Shown here: positions 35,303 through 42,073 of the stretch, piece by piece
Layout: every line of letters starts with the position of its first letter
Position numbering within the stretch: the stretch's first letter is position 1
IMG/VR virus record: IMGVR_UViG_3300025082_000016
Location: 1 to 42,073 of that record
DNA: 42,073 nucleotides
Reading direction: 5' to 3' (one strand)
From: a virus
Lineage: Duplodnaviria; Caudoviricetes
Program-made: the position numbers and the translations under genes
The notes under the pieces: model-generated
Told to the model about the DNA's origin: nothing
The model's database searches: none
The model's input: the letters and a program-made list of their open reading frames with translations, nothing else

Positions 35303-35788
35303 CTATATATATTTAGATACTTTCTCGATATAATCTTCTACTACCCCGGCACCTTCAGCAGTATTGTACCAGTGCTTCCAGTAAGCTGCTTTCCCGGAAG
35401 TGGTTTCCGGCATTGGTGCTGGTGCTCTCCAGTATTTTATCCTGGCATGAACGATCCCGGCAGCAATATTAGTTTCAAGTAAAAATTCCCAATCTTGAAG
35501 ATTAGGCTTAACCCAATATCTTTTTGGTACCTTGGTAGCCTTAACACACTGATCTACCACTGTAGGCCTAAATTTGAGGTAATTACGGCAATTGTCTACA
35601 GCAGTGGCACCTTCAATCTGGAAAAAGCCAGATGCTGGTCCACCCCCGATCTGTTTTAAATATTTAAAGCGTGATTCAATGATGCCAGTTCCCAGGATCA
35701 GATCTACAGCATCTTCACTGGCATACTTTTGACCCAAGCAGTTAAGAACTCTTTTGGTGAGGTCCCTGGCCTGGTCTATGGAAATCAT
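35303..35788 (-). CDS. Putative endolysin (lysozyme-like fold)
   Basis: L..T...ES......Q..GGPA.G.FQ.E..T and YWK..YNT..G.G; follows two membrane-protein genes. Confidence 0.7.
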   Translation of the reverse strand: MISIDQARDLTKRVLNCLGQKYASEDAVDLILGTGIIESRFKYLKQIGGGPASGFFQIEGATAVDNCRNYLKFRPTVVDQCVKATKVPKRYWVKPNLQDWEFLLETNIAAGIVHARIKYWRAPAPMPETTSGKAAYWKHWYNTAEGAGVVEDYIEKVSKYI

Positions 35789-36022
35789 TTAAAATTTCCA
35801 GAAAATCTTTATACCGGCACCAGCAACGTCAAGAACTTCCTTAACAATCTTATCTCTTTCAGCCGCAGTGATTTTACCATCTTTAGCAGCTTCTCTGTAA
35901 GCCTCAAGGGCCTCTTTAATTTCTTTGAGAAGTTTCTTATACTTCGCAGCAGCGAATGTCATTCCCCCGCCAATAATGATTACAGCTAGATAAGCTGCAT
36001 TACTCCATGATAACCATTCCAT
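35789..36022 (-). CDS. Holin-like membrane protein
   Basis: N-terminal TM helix; DGKIT..E motif; adjacent to the endolysin. Confidence 0.55.
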   Translation of the reverse strand: MEWLSWSNAAYLAVIIIGGGMTFAAAKYKKLLKEIKEALEAYREAAKDGKITAAERDKIVKEVLDVAGAGIKIFWKF

Positions 36023-36036
36023 ATTCTATTCCTTTA

Positions 36037-36318
36037 TCATTTTATTTTTATATTAAACAACCAAGCTATAAACGACCCAAACACAACAGCCAAAACAGAT
36101 CCTATTCCATGGATCATTGATATTGCCTGTTCGCCTTTTCTTATTCTCCCATTCTGTTCTTTCAATAAAACAGTGATGTTATCAACCGACTCTTTGATAT
36201 AATAAATATCAGATCCACGTGTCGCAGAATTTATAGTTAACTCTTCCAACCTAGAATTAACAGAATCTTCAAAGTGATTATTCTTTAATTGGTTTCCCGG
36301 TGGCTTTTTCTTTTTCAT
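36037..36318 (-). CDS. Coiled-coil protein with a C-terminal TM (XhlA/holin-like)
   Basis: L.EQNGRI...E followed by a hydrophobic helix. Confidence 0.55.
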   Translation of the reverse strand: MKKKKPPGNQLKNNHFEDSVNSRLEELTINSATRGSDIYYIKESVDNITVLLKEQNGRIRKGEQAISMIHGIGSVLAVVFGSFIAWLFNIKIK

Positions 36319-36451
36319 GTTTCTCTATTATTTCCTCCAACATCAGCACCACACCAGTTACCTGGTGAAAAGCTACTTCCGTATTAATTTTAGTTTGTTT
36401 AAACTTTTTAAGTTCATCCTTTAGATCGTCAATTTTTATTGTATCAGCCAT
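36278..36451 (-). CDS. Small coiled-coil protein (57 aa; not in the ORF track), possible fibre chaperone
   Basis: TAATG-coupled to the fibre gene; MADTIKIDDLKDELKKF...QVTGVVLMLEEII. Confidence 0.55.
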   Translation of the reverse strand: MADTIKIDDLKDELKKFKQTKINTEVAFHQVTGVVLMLEEIIEKHEKEKATGKPIKE

Positions 36452-39252
36452 TAGACGTTACCAGTTGTATATGTACTGTCCAGATCCATTATCCAGTGTG
36501 ATGTTATGAACCAATCTTGGCTGCTACCTGTTGGTGCTACATCTGCTTTGATAGTCAAATAAACCAAATCTCCAGCATCTATATCCGCAGTCATAGCCAA
36601 ATCATCCGCAGAAACAGAAAATGAATAATCGTCCTGGGCATCCGTAACTGCAAATGAATAATATCCTATACCCTGATCGTCCTCATCACCCTGATTGTGA
36701 TGGTAAACCCTCAACTCCATATTGTGACTAGTGGTAATATTCTCATATCGAATATGGAATGATACAAATTCCATATCATATGGAGCCAAGAAGCCCTGCC
36801 TTCCAGTACCAGTCGCAAGTTCCGATGTATCGGCCCAAGGTATTCTATGTTCAGATGAGCCAATAGCATCCACAAAATTATGCGACCAAAAAGAATGAGC
36901 GTAGTTTCCACCAGACTCACCAGAAGTTATAGAACCACTAACTACCAAATCTCCTTCTACTTGTAATCCAGGACCTATTGTAGGTACAGTTGTGGTTAGA
37001 TCTAAATAGTGCTCTGGCTCAAAAAGGGTATGCTGTACTAGCCAATGCTCATTCCACATCCCTCCATTACCGGTTCCATAAAATCTGCCGCCATCAGGAG
37101 ACCAATCAAAACCATATCCATCCATTTTCCATGACCGAGAATCGTAATTAACTGCTTCTAACAGTGTAATAGTAGAAGTCAAATCATATGCTACAGATAA
37201 CGAATATCTTTTCCAACCATAATAGACTCCACCAACCTGACCGTTATTACCATAAATCATCATCTTGGTTCCACTGTCGTACACCCTAACAGCTACTTTG
37301 CCGTTCCCGGCAGCATTAGGTACCGATACCGTTTGCTGTGGGTTACCCGAATCGATTCCATCGCCAGTCATCTCCCATCTTGCTATGGTCCCAGTTATAT
37401 CGTTCTGACCAGCAAATATATATCCATCGTTGCCGTCTACCCTTGTATGAACCGAAAAGCCTGCACTCTGATCATTTTCGGACAGGAGTATGTCGTGGGA
37501 TCCAGAAGCTATAGCGAATGTATTCTGGGCCCCACCAGGACTGGTAAGAATTGTATATGGAGCATCAGTCTCATAACGACTTATGTAAGTTTCCGTGTGC
37601 TCATGTTCTGTCATTAGATAAAACCAAGAACCATCGTCATTCCATTCAACTCCCAGGATGCGACTATTACCAAATGATGCCGGAAACCCATCATCAATTA
37701 ATGCCTCAAGGGTACCAACCACTTTTGTACTCCAATCATATGGTGTGGTACAGGTATAGCTAAACAAACCCATCTTTTCGACAGAGCCACCAGCCACTAG
37801 GGTAGGTATTTTACACGGTATCCAAAATTTCGTCCCATCATCATTCCACAGGAATCCACCATTAAAAGTATCGAGGTTAATGTCATATGTCGCATCAGTT
37901 ACTTCACTACCTATGTCTTCTCTAAAGGTGGCGTTTATATCACTAACATCATAACCAGTAAATCCCGGTGGAGTTTTAATTATTTTATCATCTACCTTAA
38001 CATAACCACCATCAACTTCTAAATCCCCCTCAATTATGACATCATCTTTAAAGGCAGCAAGGCCTGAATCATACATTGTAAATTTATCTGTACCCTCAAT
38101 TCGAAGTTCTATTTCACTTCCATCAATACGAATCGGATGATACGCTGTAATGTTACTTCCATCTCGAGTACCATTGGCAATATAACCAGTTCCATTATTG
38201 ACCATTAATTCCATCCCTTGACCTGAAGTTGGCCAAACGCCAGGTGATGCTGTCAATACTCTAAAATTCCCCGTAGCATCTCCCTTACCAGGAATAGTTA
38301 CTGTATCACTTGCATCCCCTATATTGGCTGCACCGCCAAGAGAGGCATTAAGTGCTGATTTTACATTTGTTGTGTTGCAAGTTACTTTGGCTGTATTGGT
38401 GGCTACATCCGCATGATCACTACCATCTCCACCACTATGAGAAGTGTTAGTAGCTACATCAGCATGGTCAGAACCGTCACCACCAGAATGTGTGGTATTA
38501 GTAGCTACATCAGCATGGTCAGAACCATTGCCACTAGAATGTGTGGTATTAGTAGCTACATCCGCATGATCAGATCCGTCACCACCAGAATGAGAAGTAT
38601 TAGTGGCTACATCAGCATGGTCAGATCCATCTCCACCAGAATGTGCGGTATTTGCTACAATTTCATCCCATTTGGCCGATCCCAATACTCCAGAATTATT
38701 TGTGTCAGCTTCAGCTAAAACAACATCATCGGCTCCACCGTCACTTGTGATCCCATAAGTGGTTGCAGTTATTGTTCCTGTAGATAATGACGTGGCACTA
38801 CCACCAGCATTATCATCAACATATTTCTTATTAGCTATTTCTGCATCTGCTGTAGGAGCAGCATCTGTTTTTAATTTAGAGCCATCACCTAATGTTGCAA
38901 CATTTTCAGCTTCAAATGTTGTGGTTTCTATTCCTCCATGAAAATAAGCACCTTGAGCCTCAAGTTCGCCACCAACAGTTAAGTCACCTTGAGTTTCAAT
39001 CGAATCCGCATCTAGATGATCGTCAACTGTAAGCGAAGATGCCATTATCGAATCCGCATCTAGATGATCGTCAACTGTAAGACTGCCATCAACTTTAGCT
39101 TCAGTTTGAGATAAAGAAAGAGCACTGGCCACACCCTCCCCATCTTGTACTACTTTTAGGCCAGCTTCAATTCCTTCATTGTTATCACCATCGTGAACAT
39201 TTAACAAATCCTTAAATGTTCTTGCGGGTGCTTTTGTCTCTAAATTAGCCAT
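36451..39252 (-). CDS. Tail fibre / receptor-binding protein
   Basis: 933 aa; G.LTV repeats, PT.D..IANKKYVD motif, 17-aa repeats, propeller-like WNDDGT/WSPDG repeats; GGAG RBS. Confidence 0.75.
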   Translation of the reverse strand: MANLETKAPARTFKDLLNVHDGDNNEGIEAGLKVVQDGEGVASALSLSQTEAKVDGSLTVDDHLDADSIMASSLTVDDHLDADSIETQGDLTVGGELEAQGAYFHGGIETTTFEAENVATLGDGSKLKTDAAPTADAEIANKKYVDDNAGGSATSLSTGTITATTYGITSDGGADDVVLAEADTNNSGVLGSAKWDEIVANTAHSGGDGSDHADVATNTSHSGGDGSDHADVATNTTHSSGNGSDHADVATNTTHSGGDGSDHADVATNTSHSGGDGSDHADVATNTAKVTCNTTNVKSALNASLGGAANIGDASDTVTIPGKGDATGNFRVLTASPGVWPTSGQGMELMVNNGTGYIANGTRDGSNITAYHPIRIDGSEIELRIEGTDKFTMYDSGLAAFKDDVIIEGDLEVDGGYVKVDDKIIKTPPGFTGYDVSDINATFREDIGSEVTDATYDINLDTFNGGFLWNDDGTKFWIPCKIPTLVAGGSVEKMGLFSYTCTTPYDWSTKVVGTLEALIDDGFPASFGNSRILGVEWNDDGSWFYLMTEHEHTETYISRYETDAPYTILTSPGGAQNTFAIASGSHDILLSENDQSAGFSVHTRVDGNDGYIFAGQNDITGTIARWEMTGDGIDSGNPQQTVSVPNAAGNGKVAVRVYDSGTKMMIYGNNGQVGGVYYGWKRYSLSVAYDLTSTITLLEAVNYDSRSWKMDGYGFDWSPDGGRFYGTGNGGMWNEHWLVQHTLFEPEHYLDLTTTVPTIGPGLQVEGDLVVSGSITSGESGGNYAHSFWSHNFVDAIGSSEHRIPWADTSELATGTGRQGFLAPYDMEFVSFHIRYENITTSHNMELRVYHHNQGDEDDQGIGYYSFAVTDAQDDYSFSVSADDLAMTADIDAGDLVYLTIKADVAPTGSSQDWFITSHWIMDLDSTYTTGNV
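38393..38652 (-). repeat. 51-bp (17-aa) coding repeat x5: HSGGDGSDHADVATNT(S/T)
   Basis: His codons at 38437, 38488, 38539, 38590 and 38641. Confidence 0.95.
38999..39081 (-). repeat. 35-bp exact duplication at 48-bp period (LTVDDHLDADSI x2)
   Basis: Copies at 38999-39033 and 39047-39081. Confidence 0.9.
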
Positions 39253-39330
39253 TATAATTCTCCATATTGCTAATAATATTATTTAATATTTCCATATATC
39301 CCGAAACTATTAAGGGAATATCTTCTTTTT

Positions 39331-42073
39331 CTATGGTTTTGGTTGACCTGGAAACCATTTCTGTTTTTTCTTTTTTGATTTCTTTCCCAATTTCCTATAG
39401 TCATGTTTTGGTAGACCCTGGGCCAATCTTTGATCATTAAGAAAATCCCTGATTATTTTAGGCATCTCTTTATCATTAACATCAAAAACAAGTTTCGCAT
39501 CATCCTCTTTTAGTCTTCCAAGTTTGATCGCATCGAAAACATATCTCTTAAACCTGGCCACCTCAACATGATTATAAATTTTAATCTGTGAATTCTTTAC
39601 CATTTTCCGAATAAGGGTTGTTTCAGTTATACCTCTTTTATCTGGTTGGCCATAGAATTGCCTTATAACAGGTATTTGCCTGGATGGTGTCTCTTTCCCA
39701 GCATATAAGTCGATACCCAGGTCTACAGATCTCTGGACAAACTTCCCCATTCCACCGGTAAGAAATCCAAATAGGTGGTCCAGGGTGGTTGGGTTAATAT
39801 CAATCCATCCTGGTGTATAATGATTCTTAAATGTAGCGGGTTTTTCAACCACATCTGGTTCTGCTGCTGGTTTTGGTGTGCCAGGGAACCATTTCTGTTT
39901 TTTTGCCTTCTTCTTTACTACTGCCTTCTCATCTGGTATAATCCCAACGTATTCCTTTCCTCCGCTCCACTTTGAAAGTAGTTCTGTAATAGATCTGGAT
40001 AACCAAGATGGGGGATTCACATCCCAGTATTGTGCGTAATCTGGTTTATTCTTTGACCATGTAGGTTGCTCTGGTCTTATAGGTCCACCATGGAACTTTT
40101 TATTTTCAACTATTTGCACAACTGGATCCAATACTGTTGGTGCTACCATCTGGAAAAAACTACCAGCACCAAAAGGACTAAAGGCATCATTGGCTGCCAT
40201 TAGCACCCGGCCTCCAGCTTCGCCATAGTCTACATATTTAAAACCATTCTTCTGGCCTTCATGGATTACATCTGCACTAGCCTGGCCCATGACATGGAAC
40301 ATATTGTATCCATAAGGAACCCTGATCCTAATATCATCACCATTAGGCAACATGAAAATTAAATAGTTATCTTTTTCCCACTTGGTTTTCTTCTCCCATT
40401 CTTCCGGTGCAATCATATAGTTAACCAGAGCCAAAGATGCAGAGGAGGCCACAATGCCACCAACTATTGCCCTGGTCTTTTTACTCTTTGCAAGAGATGC
40501 ACCAATTCTAAAGGATCCCTGGACTGTGGCATTGAAGAATAAATACAAACTGTTGGCCAGTGTACCCCATTCACCCTTCTTATTAAAGTTTACAGTAATA
40601 TTTTTTGCTACCTGTGCTGCTTTTTCTTTGGATACACCCTTGCTTACCAATGCTTCATAAGTCGCTAACCTTACACCGGATTCGATGGCTTCATTAGCAT
40701 GATTTACATATTCACCCAATGCTTTGGCAGCTTGTACTGGGGTACCGGTCCCTTTCTCAACACGCTCCATTTGTTTTTCCACTTTTGCCTGGTAATCTTC
40801 CAGGGTGTCCTGGTCAAACCAGCCAACCTTACCGCCAGTCTTTTTCAAATCCTTGTACTGTTGTGACCAGTATTGTTGCTCTTTTCCCCTGACATCCCGC
40901 CACACACCTCTAATTGCTTTAGGGGTATTCTTTAGTACGGTCCGAGCCACACCCTTGTGTTCACCAGCCAGATGGATCAGGGCTGTCTGTATATCTCTGG
41001 AAAAGTTGGTAATTAAGAACTCCGGATTGTATGTCGTTACAATAGCCCTTAAAAAATTATTTATCTTAACTAAATATTTAGGAGCCTTTTCTGCACCCAG
41101 GTTTTTCAAACCACGGGCCAGAGCCTCATCGTTGATCTCAATTAAGTATAGGCTGCCATCTCTTCGTACAGCAAAAACATTTTCACCCAGTTTAAATTTG
41201 GGTTCCATGAATTCTACTTCACCGTGCTTATTGAAAATTGGTCTGTACCGCTGCTTGGTTACGGTCCAGGCATCGCTCTCAAATTCTTCTGCAATATCAA
41301 GGAATTTTAAACCAACCTTGTTTTTTTCAGACCTTTTAATCACACCCATCATTTCATGCATACCAGAGAAAAACGGATTTATCCTATCTTTTTGGGAACC
41401 TTTTGTTCGTTTTATTTCTGCACCTTGTGGTACAGAAAACCCTTTACCCTCTTTCCCACCTGTATCTCTTCTGTTCTCTACCTCTTTTACTGTAAATAGT
41501 GGGACATAATTTTTATAATAATTAGTTAGATGCTCATAGGTTTTATGATCTATAAGTCCAGCATCCAACCGCTCTCTTAATGCTCGCTTGGTGACCTTTC
41601 TATAGAATTCTTTAGCAAAGGCCTCAATCACTTTGTCACCCTTGTGTTTTGCCAGGATCTCATTAGCTTCTGCATTGGTCATCCCGGACCCACCGTCTGG
41701 CATATCTTCCCGGATCTTTGCCACATGAGCGTTTCGTTCCTTGGCATGCCTGGCATGAAGGTATTCCCCAAAATCATCCATAGTGTACCCAGCTTCCAGG
41801 AGTCGATCAATTAATTGTCCTTTACCTAATATGCTCTCTTCAAATATTTCCATCCTATCTTTGGTTTTACCAATGAATAATTCAGCAGCACGGTAGGCAT
41901 CCTCTTCGTCACTAACTGGACGTTGATCTTCTACTAATTTCATCACCTGGCCTAGACGGTTCATCTTGTCTTGGATCCTACGCTGCCATAATTGAGCAGT
42001 AGTCTCTGGATCCAGTTCTATTGCCTGGCCAGATTCTTCTTTTTTAGAGGGGGGTTTTTTGGGGGGAGGCTGT
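39331..42073 (-). CDS. C-terminal part of the giant polyvalent protein (LPD38-like terminal domain)
   Basis: In frame with 1-7310 across the terminal repeat; YVPL, T.YNP.F...N..RD, NF.KKG, YLFFNA..QG, IR.PYGY, P..L.P......N..F.G.PI motifs. Confidence 0.85.
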   Translation of the reverse strand, partial: QPPPKKPPSKKEESGQAIELDPETTAQLWQRRIQDKMNRLGQVMKLVEDQRPVSDEEDAYRAAELFIGKTKDRMEIFEESILGKGQLIDRLLEAGYTMDDFGEYLHARHAKERNAHVAKIREDMPDGGSGMTNAEANEILAKHKGDKVIEAFAKEFYRKVTKRALRERLDAGLIDHKTYEHLTNYYKNYVPLFTVKEVENRRDTGGKEGKGFSVPQGAEIKRTKGSQKDRINPFFSGMHEMMGVIKRSEKNKVGLKFLDIAEEFESDAWTVTKQRYRPIFNKHGEVEFMEPKFKLGENVFAVRRDGSLYLIEINDEALARGLKNLGAEKAPKYLVKINNFLRAIVTTYNPEFLITNFSRDIQTALIHLAGEHKGVARTVLKNTPKAIRGVWRDVRGKEQQYWSQQYKDLKKTGGKVGWFDQDTLEDYQAKVEKQMERVEKGTGTPVQAAKALGEYVNHANEAIESGVRLATYEALVSKGVSKEKAAQVAKNITVNFNKKGEWGTLANSLYLFFNATVQGSFRIGASLAKSKKTRAIVGGIVASSASLALVNYMIAPEEWEKKTKWEKDNYLIFMLPNGDDIRIRVPYGYNMFHVMGQASADVIHEGQKNGFKYVDYGEAGGRVLMAANDAFSPFGAGSFFQMVAPTVLDPVVQIVENKKFHGGPIRPEQPTWSKNKPDYAQYWDVNPPSWLSRSITELLSKWSGGKEYVGIIPDEKAVVKKKAKKQKWFPGTPKPAAEPDVVEKPATFKNHYTPGWIDINPTTLDHLFGFLTGGMGKFVQRSVDLGIDLYAGKETPSRQIPVIRQFYGQPDKRGITETTLIRKMVKNSQIKIYNHVEVARFKRYVFDAIKLGRLKEDDAKLVFDVNDKEMPKIIRDFLNDQRLAQGLPKHDYRKLGKKSKKKKQKWFPGQPKP
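41933..42073. repeat. Terminal direct repeat (copy 2)
   Basis: Matches 1-141 with 3 mismatches. Confidence 0.95.

Noticed and set aside
39253-39330. Shared late-promoter motif with the 20560-20622 intergenic region (GATATAT..GGA.A.TA..AAATA)
   Set aside because: The similarity is gapped and lies in very AT-rich DNA, so it cannot be distinguished from chance by eye.
40805-41509. 234-aa plus-strand ORF and the many other plus-strand ORFs over 60-25370 and 28256-40660
   Set aside because: They are antisense shadows of well-supported minus-strand genes, with Ser/Phe/Leu-rich composition and no RBS or motifs.

Overview
The window is an apparently complete, circular (or circularly permuted) ~41.9-kb tailed-phage genome of podovirus-like layout: bases 1-141 recur at 41933-42073 with 3 mismatches. 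Almost everything is on the minus strand. The late operon runs terS, three small genes, terL, portal, scaffold, major capsid, adaptors, nozzle/tail genes, ejection proteins, a ~3,300-aa polyvalent protein that crosses the contig junction (its 1-7310 part is missing from the ORF track), tail fibre and lysis genes. The early operon carries an Xis-like HTH, a peptide deformylase-SEC-C fusion, an exonuclease, an SSB-like gene, a LicD-methyltransferase fusion, a replication initiator with iterons, a helicase-loader-like gene and NinG. A short plus-strand operon encodes a tyrosine-recombinase homologue and an RHH-like protein. Three observations stand out. (1) The 'integrase' is intact but lacks two catalytic residues (Arg->Asn, His->Ala); no CI repressor is visible, and an 11-bp-phased TGTAGT motif marks both the early control region and the late promoter, suggesting a possible recombinase-derived regulatory switch. 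(2) Two related minus-strand structured RNA elements lie in the early operon. (3) The tail nozzle appears to lack its C-terminal module, which seems to be encoded twice in separate genes carrying different cargo domains. All calls come from motif reading by eye; no searches were run.
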